Assembly (NCBI RefSeq): GCF_004010195.1
Contig: NC_057718.1
Coordinates: 14,525,578-14,577,493, forward strand
Origin: Chiloscyllium plagiosum
Taxonomy: Eukaryota
Length of the DNA: 51,916 nucleotides
Direction of reading: 5' to 3'
In this document: in pieces, positions 11,283 to 23,450 of the stretch
Numbering within the stretch: the first letter of the stretch is position 1
How the letters are laid out: the number at the start of each line of letters is the position of its first letter
The notes under the pieces: model-generated
Database searches by the model: none
Told to the model about the DNA's origin: nothing
Seen by the model: the letters and a program-made list of their open reading frames with translations, nothing else
Made by a program: the position numbers and the translations under genes

Positions 11283-13529
11283 AGGCACTTTGCCAGCATT
11301 GGATTTCCAGTAATTCATTATCAATGAATGTCTCCAACTTAACTCGCCATTGCCAGCTTCCAGGCCATTTGAACTTAGCTGAAGCTTTCCTTGGATGAAC
11401 ACATTGGCAATGGAGTTCTCGAAAGTCCTGACCATGACTCACATTCCCTTTGCAAACTGAGGTGAGTTTTTTTGTGGAGGTCAGTGTAGGATTGTTTAAA
11501 CTGCTTGATTGTTTAAAACAAATATGGCTGCTACAGTGAAGGCTGCTGTCTGTAAAATGGTGGGCTAAGCCAGCCACTGCCAATAGCACCACTCCCTCAT
11601 TTACAAGCTCCAGTTGGCCTGTAAAATTTAGCCCTCTGACACTGGCCTTGTGCAGCCTGGCCTCCACACCAGAACAAGGCCAAGATCAATATCTGAACCT
11701 CGGGTAAACTAGGCCCCAGGCTTTCCACCTCCCTCTCCTCCTTTAAGATCTTCCCAAGACATTTAGTTACCTTTCCTACCATCTCCTTTTCTGATCCTGA
11801 GATCTAACTTCAGGTTGATTATTGCCTATGTGAGGTATTGTGGGATGGTTATTCTTGGTTAAAAGTGCTTCATGTGTGCACTCTGTGGAACTGTGTCACA
11901 ACTGCCAGCTATTGCTGGAGTGGTCACGGAGAGTCAGCACAACAACTTAAGAATCAAGCAGCTTGTACTTGCAAAATCCAAAACAACACATCTCCTGTTA
12001 GATGTGATACTGCATTTGGCAGCACTTATTGAACAATCCCACATGTGCTAATATTTACATTAACAACCAATTTAAGATAAACAGTCATAATGTGGCTCAG
12101 TCATACATGCCAAGGATGACGTACATTCTCACAGAGGGATCATTCGATGTTATTTCCCTGGGGCAGTGACGGCCTGTTGGTATAGACACTGGACCATTAA
12201 TCCAGAGACCCAGGTAATGCTTTGGGCACCTGGGTTTGAATCCTGCCACGGCAGACAGTTGAATCTGGATTTAATTGAAATCTGGAATTGAGTTTAATGA
12301 TGACCATGAATCTATTGATGACTGTTGGGGAAAACCCATCTGGTTCACTAATGTCCTTCTGACCTACATGTGACTCCAGACCCACAGCAATGTGGTTGAC
12401 TCTTAACTGCCCTCTTGGGCAATTAGGGATGGACAATAAATAATGGACTAGCCAGAAAAAAGAACCAGGTGCGTGTTTTGAATCATCCGGGGGCCTAATG
12501 TCCCCCATTTCTTTCCCGTGGCCGGTTAGACTCAAGTTATCAAGGTATCAGCACTCTTTCCTCATTTAGTAGAAATTGCTGAGATAATTGGAAATTTGCT
12601 GTTCTTGTGTTTGTCCTGATGAGCTTCAGCAGCACGTCACTCTTTTCAGCAATATTCAATTTAAGAGACTGATAAACAATGTATATTTTCCTGGCAAAAG
12701 ACCTTTGGTGTACCAGTCATACAGGAATGGTATTTACACTTTGAATTCGTTCCAACAAACTTTTTTTTGCAACAAACAGAACGCTTTGAGCAGTTCCCCA
12801 GGGAGACAGCCCCGGTAATGAGTTAACATATTACAAAAGCATTGGAAACCTCCTTGGGGGTGGGGAGGGTAGGGGGTGGCAAGGGTAAGTCTTGTGCCAA
12901 CTAATGTGGCAAGACACTTTACTGATGATTACAATCATTAAGGCAATGAGGAATTAAAAGAACAAATTTGACAAAATAGTCTATAATTTCTAATAATTGC
13001 CGAGGCATCATTAAAAGGCTGGCCCTGTGTTGTATGAACATCTTAACTTGTCAGATCAGGAAAGCATAATTCATCAGGGAAATCAGTACAATGCAATTAG
13101 GAGAATTATTTCTTCAAATGTAGTTATTCAAGGCAAATTTATCACATTACTAATTATTTGGCTGCAGTTCATCCAAATGCATTGGAGAGCACTGGATGTG
13201 CAAATCTCTCAGTTCCACGTTTTTTTAAACTCCTCCCTATGCCCCTACCTGATTCATTTACCTGAACTTCCACATAACATCTCCCAAAGCAACCCATTTC
13301 AGCAGAGATACTGACATGTTGCTGCATGTTTTATTTTGTAACATGTCACTATGCGGGTCTACAGCAATGCTCTGGGAGGAGATGCTGGGAAGACAGTGGT
13401 ACAGGGGCAGGGAAAGAAATCAGAGGCTCTGACCCAAATACATCGGGACCCCTGGAATCTTAGCTTGTGACGTACTCCCACAGCCTCATTCTGTTCCAGG
13501 CCCTGCAGTCACAAACAGGGCTCCTCTCA

Positions 13530-13690
13530 GAATTATAGAGTGACAGTTGGTGGTGGTTTAACCTGAGGGTCACCACGCCTCAGACAAGGGGCAATGTCGA
13601 GAAGGTGAGACTTTCATGGTGACCTCAGGTGGTACAGGAATTGAGCCCATGCTGTTAGTGCCAGTCTGCATTGCTAACCAGTCACCCACT
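13530..13690 (-). mobile_element. Probable tRNA-derived SINE fragment, third family
   Basis: Minus-strand ggttagcaatgcaga...gggctcaattcctgtacc resembles A/B boxes. Confidence 0.5.
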
Positions 13691-13707
13691 ACCATGAGGT
13701 TATTCAT

Positions 13708-13932
13708 GATTTGGAGATGCCGGTGTTGGACTGGGGTGTACAAAGTTAAAAGTCACACAACACCAGGTTATAGTCCAACAGGTTTAATTGGAAACACTAG
13801 CTTTCGGAGCGACGCTCCTTCATCAGGTGGTTGTGGAGTACTCCTCGACCACCTGATGAAGGAGCAGCGCTCTGAAAGCTAGTGTTTCCAATTAAATCTG
13901 TTGGATTATAACTTGGTGTTGTGTGACTTTTA
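13708..13932. mobile_element. Palindromic Penelope-derived element (family A) with two opposed hammerheads and ~17-bp TSD
   Basis: About 95-nt arms centred on ggagtactcc (13835-13844). Hammerhead cores at 13795-13830 (-) and 13848-13884 (+). TSD accatgaggttattcat (13691-13707) / actatgagattattcat (13933-13949). Confidence 0.88.
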
Positions 13933-16329
13933 ACTATGAGATTATTCATTCAGCAAAAAATCTTCTGATGACTTTGGTTCAACATTCTAGCATGGTAGCT
14001 GGTGGAACCTAAATTCAATTAATTAATAAGCCTACAACTGAAAGCTGGTAGCAGTGATCACAAAATTAACTTTGGTTCTAATTAAAAATCCACCTAGCTC
14101 TACCAGTGGTCCTCAGCTTTCCAAAGAGGAGCAGTTTCTTTTAGTTGACAGCGTCCACAGCAGCAATACTGTGGCCTATTGTAACCACCCTGTGGGATAG
14201 CCACACAGAATGGCAATACAAGGTGGTTTCTCCAATACTAGGCCAGGGTTCAAACCTCTGTGGTCCTATACTACACAGCTAACCACACTCATTCAGGGGG
14301 AGCATCATTCATGGCACCAACACACAACACTGAAGGCTTTCAAACGTCTTCTGAAGATGAAACTGCAATTATCTCGGACTCATGACACACAGTTTGAACT
14401 GAACAAAGCAGCGCTGTTATATATTGAGGCACTCCAAGACTTTGCATTATGTAGAGGCACTCCCTCAACTGCTGTATGTCAACGTAATCTTTGTGCTGAA
14501 GCATTTTGTTACCAATTACAGAGATCACGGGACAATTTAGCACAATCTACAGCAATAGTCCTCGTTAGGCAATTCTTTGATACATGTTTTGTTTATGCAA
14601 GGAGTGACATCTTGGCCTGATTTGTTTTATGCCAGATGAGTTTTAACCACCTTCACCTGCAGCTAACCAGCGTCAAAATGGTGTGGGCAGCCTTATGTCA
14701 ACACAGGAAACCGGTGGGAAAGCCAGACTGAATCCCTATAATCCAGGCGGCATGTCATGCGGAAAAGTTTGGATATTTACAGCTCCTCAGGAACATATGT
14801 GCTATTTGTGACCTCATTACGTCCTGCACGACTGGGAGCTCTGACCAATGAAAGCATGAGGTCAGCTGGAATAGTGTTCCGACAAATGAATGGTTGGCTT
14901 TGTTTGATTGACATCTTTAATTGACTATAACAGAATGTTCTGTTTGTGATCTCTTCCATCTATATTTCAAAGACTATGTGGAGGTGTGTAATCTTTGAAG
15001 CCTCTGGTATTGAATCTTTAACAGTCCAAATACTTTAAAGGGATAGTCGGAACAGCAGTCTCTTTTTAAAGAATGTTTCTGAATCGATTTTGTTTTGTCC
15101 TTTCAGCAGTTTGATACTTGCTGATATTATTGGTCATGTACATGGTGCATATGGGGTGAAAGGCATAAGAGGGAGAGAAGTTGGTCTGGAGAATGTGAAG
15201 GTCAGCAAGTGGTGCCTGGAAGGGCACGAGTTGGCACTGAGAGCACAAGAGGCCTTGAAGACTGACTGGAAGCATGGCTTTTGCATTGAGTTGGCATCTA
15301 GAATGTGAGGGACAATGGGAAGTAGGTATGAGTTGCCATTGCATTGGCATGGAGGGTAGGAGGGGACCACAAGGAATGGCTAGGGAATGGGTAAGCTTGG
15401 ACGAACTGACCTTTCAAAAGCTTCCTGAATGCCGGTTATGGTTCAGGGTGGGTTTGTTGGCTAGTTGGTGTTGGTAAAACCTGCCCCCAGTGCGAGTGCA
15501 GGCTCACTATTAACACCCTTATCCCACGCTGGTGAAAAATGCTGGAAGTAGAAATCAGAGAGATAAATGGAAACCACCTGTGTCATTTTTAAACAGCTTC
15601 AATCTCATTGTGACTCTTCAAAGATCTGGCATTTAATCTTCAGAACATCCTCAAAAAGCCTGAAAGCAGGAATGATGACTGGAAATGTGTCAGTAGTGGT
15701 TAAGCTAATCCAAGAGCATGGCCATTTTAGTGCGGAGAAGCAGGAAACAGAGTTAACATCACTCACTATTTGCAACTGAAATTCCTCAATCCTTTGCACT
15801 TGTCAGGATAATTAAAACCAAAATTCCAGCCCCTGAGCAGTGCATTGACTAATATCTCATACTTATAATAATAGCATGGAGTTTAAGACCTAAAAGCATA
15901 TTTGCAGATAACACAATATGTGTGTGTGTGTGTGTGAGCGGGAGGGAAATGAAGTTGTGGGAGAGAAGCTGAGGATGACAGATATAGAATTTGAATGGCC
16001 AGGGTTACTGCGGCAGGGGTGTGGGGACTGGGATTCTATATAATCTCAGGGGTCTGAGATTACCTCAATGTACATGCTAGGGTTAGGAACACTTCAATTT
16101 CGAATGTCAGCTTATTAGGAGGAATGTCACGAGTCAGCGGGTTCTTGGGGGCAAGACGTTTGATATTTTAAGATACTTTTGCTTCAGTTCCCTCTGACGT
16201 TACTCACTTAGGGACACGAATGAATAGAAGCTAGTTGACAGAAAGCAGCCAATCGCATCAGCCTGAACTCTCTGATAAGGAAATGGCACTGACACTTTTG
16301 TAATAGAAGCTAAGATGAGACTTTGCACC

Positions 16330-17010
16330 TTAAAGGAAAAGGACTTGCATTTCTAAGCACCTCTCACAACCTCAGGAGACATTGCAAAAATTCACCAAGG
16401 CTCCTTTAGAGAGCACCTTTCAAATCCACTGGAAGGACAAGGGCAACAGATACATGGGAACATCACGATCTGCAGGTTCCTCTCCAAGCCACTCATCATC
16501 CTGACTTAGAAACATATGGCCGTTCTTTCACTGTCGCTGGGTCAAAATCCCGGGATTCCCATCCTGATTGCATTGTGGGCCAATCCACAGCAGGTGGACC
16601 GTAGCAGTTCAAGATGGTAGCTCACTTCTACCTTCTCAAGGGAATAATGCTAGCTAAGCCAGCAAAGTCAAAGCCCAAGCGAATAAAGAAAAAACATGGT
16701 GAAGCACTTTACAGTCAATGAAAAACTTTTGAAATGTAGTTACTGTTTTTATATGGGAAATTTGTACAGAAAACTCTCTCAAAAGCAATGTGATAACAAC
16801 CAGATAATATATTTTTTAAATGATATTGGTTGAGAGATAAATATTGACCAGGGCCTTGGATTAACATCTCATTGAAAATCTCTTATTTCTAAAATGCAAC
16901 ACACCCTCAGTGCTACACTGGAGTGTACGGACTAGTGCATTGAAGTGTCTGGAGCAGGCCTGAAACTCCTAACTTTCTGCACATAGATATAAGAGCCGAA
17001 CCACTGAGTC
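16330..17010 (-). mobile_element. DeuSINE (SacSINE1-like) copy interrupted by a LINE 3' fragment at ~16378-16690 (+)
   Basis: acaccctcagtgctacactggagtg is the reverse complement of the actgagggagtgctgcactgtc block also seen at 26495-26525 (+) and ~39290-39427 (-). The inserted piece carries the gatacatgggaaca...tccaagccactc LINE tail. Confidence 0.6.
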
Positions 17011-17892
17011 CCAGGGTAGTGGACTCTCAGGGAAAGGGGGAGAGCTTGTGTAACACTGATCATTGGGAGAAGTTTTAACTCTGCTTTAACAAGGGGAAGC
17101 AATGGTCTTGTGACATCACTGGTGGACTGATAATCCAGAGGCTCAGATAATGTTTTGGGGAGCCAGGTTCAAATCCCACCACAGTACGTGGCAGAATTTT
17201 AATTGAAAAAAATCTGGAATCAAGAGTCTAATGATGAATCCATTATCGATTGTAGGGAAAACCCATTTGGTTCACTAATGCTCTTTACAGAAGGAAGTTG
17301 CCATCCTTACCTGGTCTGGCCTACATGTGACTTCCGACCCACAGCAATGTGTTTGACTCTTAACTGCCGTCTGGGCAATTAGAGATGGGTATAAATTCTG
17401 GCCTGGCCTTCATCTCGTGAATGAATTTAAAAAAACTCAAAAATTCTCAACTTAAGGGACCCTAATGTTATATTGATCCTAATCCATTTCACCAAATATG
17501 AAAATAGAAACCTTATCCTGATAAAGGGTTTCGTCACTGAATGCAACATTACATATAGCTACTTCCTTCTGGCCGTCCCTGCAGTCTCTTTTTATATTCT
17601 TTTAGAAAACTAATAAGCCAAATTAAACCAAATTAACCAGATGGCAACCCCTTAAAAGGGGAGGCCTTGAAGTACTTAATTAAACAGTGCCCTTCATCTG
17701 TGTGAGTGCATTTTAACAATATAATTATTCTTCAACACTGAAGGGATTTGTAAGTGGATTTAAGAGGTTCCCTGCTGCGTCACTGTTTGCTGGTTAATTG
17801 GAGTATAGCAGCAGAATAATGACCAGTAGCTATTTTCTAATGCGGTGTTCTGATTTCCTTGGATTACTGACACCAGTGGAGCCATTTTAATT

Positions 17893-19310
17893 CAAATGTG
17901 ACACCACTGTTTAAAGAGGGAGCTAGACAAAAAATGGGGAGTTATAGACCGGCTAGCTTAACCTCTGTAGTGGGGAAGATGCTTGAAGAAGGAAGAAATA
18001 GCAAGGCATCTCGATAGAAATTGTCCTGTTGGACAGACACAGCATGGGTTCATGAAGGGCAAGTCATGCTTAATAAATCTGCTGGAATTCTACGAAGACA
18101 TTATGAGCAAGGTGGACAACGGGAACCCAGTAGATGTGGTGTACCTAGATTTCCAAAAGGTCTTTGACAAGGTGCCACACAAGAGGCTGCTGCATAAGAT
18201 AAGGATACATGGCATTATGGGTAAAGTATTAGCATGGATAAAGGATTGGTTGACAAACAGGAAGCAAAGCGTGGGGATAAATGAGTGCTTTTCTGGTTGG
18301 CAATCAGTAACTAGTGGTGTGCCTCAGGGATCAGTGTTGGGACCACAATTATTCACAATTTATACAGATGATTTGGAGTTGAGGACAATGTGCAGTGTGT
18401 TACTGTTTGCAGATAACACTAAGATGAGTGGCAGAGCAAAGTGTTCAGAGGTCTGTGAAACTTTGCAGAGGAACATAAATACTTTAAGTGAGTGGGCAAA
18501 GGTCTGGCAGAGGGAAGACAATGTTAATAAATGTGAAGTCATCCATTTTGGTAGGAGTAACAGTAAAAAGCATTATTACTTAAATAGTAAAAAGGAGCAG
18601 CATGCTGTGATGCAGAGGAACCTGGGTGTCTTTGTGCATGAATTACAGAGGGTCAGTCTGAAGGTACAACAAGTAATTAGGAAGGCAAATGGAATTTTGT
18701 CCTTCATTGCTAAAGGGATGGAGTTTAAAAGCAGAGAAGTAATGTTACAGCTGCACAAGGTGCTAGTGAGACCACACCTGGAGTACTGTGTGCAGATTTA
18801 GTCTCTTTACTTAAGAAAGGATGTACTGGCACTGGAGGTTCACTAGGTTGATTCCAGAGTTGAAGGGGTTCGTTTATGAGGAGAGGTTGAGTAGATTGGG
18901 ATTATATTCATTAGAATTTAGAAGAATGGGGGTGGGGGTGGGGGGGATCTTATAGAAAGACATAAAATTATGAAGGGAATCGATAAGATAGATGTGGGAT
19001 ATTTCTACTGGCAGGTGAAACTAGGACAAGTGAGCATAGCCTCAAAATTAGCAGGAGCAGATTTAGGACTGAATTGAGAAGGAACTTCTTCACACAGAGG
19101 GTTATAAATCTTCCCTACCCAGTGAAGTAGTTGATGCGACTTTAGTAAATGCTTTTAAAGATAGATTTTTTTTTTGAACAATAAAGGAGTTAAGTGAGAG
19201 TGCAGGTGAGTGGAGCCGAGGCCATAAAAAGATCAGCCATGATCTTACTGAGTGGCGGAGCAGGCTTGAAGGGCCAAACGGGCCTACTCCTGCTCCGAGT
19301 CCTTACGTTT
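17893..19310 (+). mobile_element. CR1-type LINE, RT domain through 3' end
   Basis: ORF 17983-18801 has QHGFMKGKSCLINLL, VDVVYLDFQKVFDKVPH, SGVPQGSVLGPQLF, FADNTK and LVRPHLEYCVQ. CR1 tail ggcctactcctgctcc follows. Confidence 0.95.
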
Positions 19311-20039
19311 TAAAACTCCACCCACCCTCACAAACCTGAGCGGAAACCAATGAGATTACATCAGCTGCCGGATGTACCTTACTCACCCTATCTTTTACAG
19401 CTGGCCTTCCCACAGTGAGTCCCCTGAGTAGAAGATTCCGGAACCCACTGCATTAAATATATTGCACTGAAGTTCACAAGAAAAATGCAAAGGAATGATT
19501 CATTATAGCTTGCTGTTTGTGTGCCACTGTGATATCAGTTAACAAAATACAGATGCGAGAGCGATGTCAGTTACTAGTCAAGGATAAATTTGTGTCTTTA
19601 TGAGATCAGGGATTTTAAAAAGAAAACAAATCTTACTGACATGTGGAACAGGCTACTTGTTTTCCCTGTCTCGATTTTCAGCATGGTTATTCCAAAAACT
19701 ATATCCAGTCTCAGGCTTGTGTGAGACAGAGGCGGTATGTCTGTCCTCTTGAACATTTCTGATTTCCATGTCTCTTTTGTGGCAGTTCTTCCAGCTGGTT
19801 GCTAAGCTCTGGAACACCCTCCTCAAACCTCTTCACTTTCTTATAGACACTCCTCAGAACCTATCTCTTTGAGAAAGGTTTCAAGCACCTAATATGTTCA
19901 TATGTGGGCTTGGTGTCATAGCTTACACTGTAAAAGCCCTACAACGTGTCTTGGATGTTTTGCCACTTATGGCGTTATATAAATGCAATTTACTGTTGCT
20001 GAAATTGAATCACCGAGTGTTGTCATGAGCTTTTGAATC

Positions 20040-21075
20040 ACAAAATGCAGGTAGGGGAGGCAAATGAGGTGGTTGCATTTATTTCAAACGGAATTAAGTA
20101 TAAAAATAGGGGAACCTTATAAAAATGATACAAGGTACTGATCAGACCACAGCTGCAATATGGCAAATAGTTTTGGGTCCCTTATCTAAGGAATGACGTA
20201 CTGACAATGGAGGCAAGATTAGAGCTGGAAAAGCACAGCAGGTCAGGCAATATCCAAGGAGCAGGAAAAATCGATGTTTCAGGCAAAAGCCCTTCATCAG
20301 GATGTCTCATTCTTCTGACTTCCAATGAGTGCAGATCTGACCCACTCAACTTCTCCTCATAAGACAATCCCTCCAAGCCTGGAATTTCTGATCTCATAAA
20401 GGCAGGGTCGAGAGTGTGGTGCTGGAAAAGCACAGCAGGTCAGGCAGCATCTGAGGAGCAGGAAAATTGATGTTCATCCGAATTGCTGACAAAGGGCTTT
20501 TGCACGAAACGTCGATTTTCCTGCTCCTCGGATGCTGCCAGACCTGCTGTGCTTCTCCAGCACCAGTCTAACCTTGACTCTAATCTCCAGTATCTGCAGT
20601 ACCCACTTCTGCCTGGCATTGGAGGCAGGCCAGAGAAGGTTTTGTGAGCTGACTCCAGGTGTGGAGGGATTGTCTTATGAGGAGAAGTTGAGTGGGTCGG
20701 GTCTGCACTCATTGGAGGTTAGAAGAATGAGACACAACTTTATTGAAACATACAAGATTGTTTGCCCTTATGGGAGAGTCTGGGGCCAGAGGGCTTCATC
20801 TCAGAGAAAGAAGTCATACATTTAAGATAGAAATGGGGAGAATCCTTTTTTTTTCCAGAGGATATTGAGTCTGTGTAATTCTTTACCACTGTGGGCTGTA
20901 GAGATTGGGTCATTAAGTCTATTTAAGGCTGAGATAGGTGGATTTTTAATCAGTAAGGGGATTGAGGGTTATGGGATAAAGGCAGGAAAGTGGATTATCA
21001 GAACAGCCATGATTTTATTGAATGGCAGAGCAGACTCGATGGGCCAAATGGCTTACGTCTGCTCCTATGCCTTAC
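20040..21075 (+). mobile_element. CR1 LINE 3' fragment interrupted by a compound Penelope-derived insertion (20216-20612)
   Basis: YKVLIRPQLQY and GLSYEEKLSGSGLHSLEVRRMR, then CR1 tail. TSD ctgacaatggaggca (20201-20215) / ctggcattggaggca (20613-20627). Confidence 0.85.
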
Positions 21076-21659
21076 GGGTGTTTGTTATGCACTATGGCTT
21101 GCTGAGGACACTGTAATGGTGCCCATCATTTCTGACCATCTTGTTTAGCTCGGGCAGTCACTTTATTGGTGTGTGACATCAAGAGATTGACCAACTGAAT
21201 CTTGCTGTCTCCTGGCAAGTGAGAATGAGATGTTCAATGGGCACAACATCCTGGGTGGTTCCTGTAAATCTAATGGACAGCTCGCAACCGAAATAGAGAT
21301 GGGAGGAATAGGATGGGAACTGAGAGCAGGGCATATATTATCTTCATGGCCAGGGAGTTAAAGCAACATGGAAGAAGATGGAAGGTAAAGAAATGCAGTG
21401 GGAAGGAAAAGGATGAGAGGAAAACAGAACAGAGATAGGAATGGCCTAAACGTTTGTGTACCTTTCCTTCTCATGATGAACATAAGGCAAGTAGTGCAGT
21501 GGCCAGGTGGGAAAGCAGCTGACTATATTCTGTGTCTCCTCCTGGATCCTGTTCAGTCATCCTCCCCAAACAAGCAGATGGTTCGCATCTGCTGCCACCA
21601 TAACATCTGAACCCATTGGTGCAGTAGCAGTGCAGGATGCACACCATAGTCATCAGTTT

Positions 21660-22120
21660 CATGTGTGTCGATGGATGGCTGGGTTTTTGTGAGTTTGTGC
21701 ATGAGTGCGTGTGTGTGAGTGAGTATGTGTATCTGAGAGTGTGTGAGTGTGAGTGTGAGTGTGTGTGTGTATATGTGCATGCATGTGTGTGATTATGTGT
21801 CTTGAGTGCGTGTACGTGTGTGTTCATTAACCTGCTGTGTGACAGTCTGTTTTATGAAACGACAGGGCATAGGCTCATCACAACAACAGCTTGCATTATC
21901 TGGTGTCGTTTTTCATACATATCTGTGTGTATGCACATATTTGTGTGTTTGAGTGTGTGTCTGTATGTGTGCGTCTGCATACAGGTGCATATGTATGTGT
22001 ATATTTGTGTGTGAGTGCATGTGTGTGTGTAGATCTGTGCATGTTTCTGTGCGGGTAAGGTTTGTGTGTCTCTGTGTGTCTGTGTGCATGTGTATGCGTG
22101 GGCAGGTGTGTGTGTGAGAC
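21660..22120. repeat. Degenerate (TG)n microsatellite field
   Basis: Long imperfect TG/TGAG/TGCA repeats. Confidence 0.9.
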
Positions 22121-23159
22121 AGTCTGTCCTATGGAACGATGGGGCATAGACTCACCACAATAATATCTTGCATTATCTGTTTTTCAAGTGATAAACTACC
22201 CAGTGTCTCACATGCATATTAGCACTCAACAATTTGACAAGAGACCAATAAAACATAAATTAGGTCAGTGGCTAAATGTTTGACAATCAAGTGAAGTGTA
22301 CTGTAGAAGAGAGAGTGAGAGATGAAGAGGTAAAAAGGATTAGAGAAGGAATTTCACAGCTTAGACATTTATGTAAGTCACATTTACTTTTCTGAATAAT
22401 AAGATTCCTCATTAAAAATTATAACTATTACTGTAATCAATTTTGCACATTCCTGAAAATTAAACCTCTCCCCATAGTATCATATCTAGTATTCCAACTA
22501 AATTCCATGTGTATTCCACTCATTTATAGCGATCCAGCTATGTCCTGCATAGTCACAAGGCCACGCTATCTCCCCGATGTAGTATTCCAGCCTAATACTA
22601 TGTACCTTGATGCTCAACAACTACCCCAGGCCAACACTCCCCGTATCAGAAGGAGAAAGCAAGATTTCAAAACCGAGTCTCAGGTTATTTTAGGATTAGA
22701 GTAACATCTAGCACCAGAGAAGGCCATTAGCCCCATTGTGTCAGTGCTGGCTTTGAAAGAATAGCTGCGCTCAGACCTATGTCCTCCTTCTTTGTCATCC
22801 TGGAAAGTTCATCACCCCCAGAACCAAACCAACTCCAATTTAATACTATTCAAGGAGTCCCATTCCCCTACGTTTGCAAATGTTCCAGATTCAAAAACCA
22901 TTTTATCTCATCTCCATTCTGGATCTATTGCCGGTGACATTAAGGGACAAGATTTTGCCCAACCTGACACATGATGAACCTGAGCTAGGTGACTCAAAAT
23001 GGAAGCTCAAGGGGCAAGTGGCCTTTTGAAATTTATGTTTCTTAGGCAATGCCAGCCAGACACCATTTTGACTGAAGGACAAAACATGATGGGTTGTAAT
23101 GCAATCAAAGTGAATTGAGATTCAACCAGTGAAATACCAGTCCCTGTGAGCTGTATTCG

Positions 23160-23450
23160 ATTGTTTGACTGACAGGGTGGATGCTAAAAAGTTGTTTCCC
23201 TTGGCAGGAGGACCGAGATCACAAGGGTCCGGACTCAGGTTAAAGGTAATATATTTCAAACCGAGAGAAGGAGAAAATTCTTTGTTTGTGATGCTTGGAG
23301 TTCTTGACCTAAGGGAGATGTGGATGCTATGCTAAGGCTGAGATAGGCACGTTCTCAGTCTCTCACTCCATCAAGGCACAAGGGGAGCAGGTGAGAAAAT
23401 GAAGTCAAAGCCAATGATCAGCCACTGAATGTGAGAGAATTCTCTACAGG
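23160..23450 (+). mobile_element. Old CR1 LINE 3' fragment (similar decayed pieces at ~26540-26780 +, 28400-28790 +, 29770-30140 -, 30480-31100 +, 31960-32200 +, 37820-37960 -)
   Basis: gacagggtggatgct...ttgtttccc, aaggctgagatag and gatcagcca tail motifs. Confidence 0.6.

Noticed and set aside
11364..11467. Possible plus-strand exon ending in a strong ag|gtgagt donor
   Set aside because: Stops occur in the frames I checked from the nearest acceptor, and there is no recognisable protein.
17983..18801. 272-aa ORF as a host gene
   Set aside because: It is CR1 reverse transcriptase, truncated, with a degraded catalytic motif (FADN).
19381..19460. Minus-strand gtgagt donor as the next SMYD3 exon
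   Set aside because: The frames I read do not resemble the expected HPVRGVQ.MKVGKL segment.
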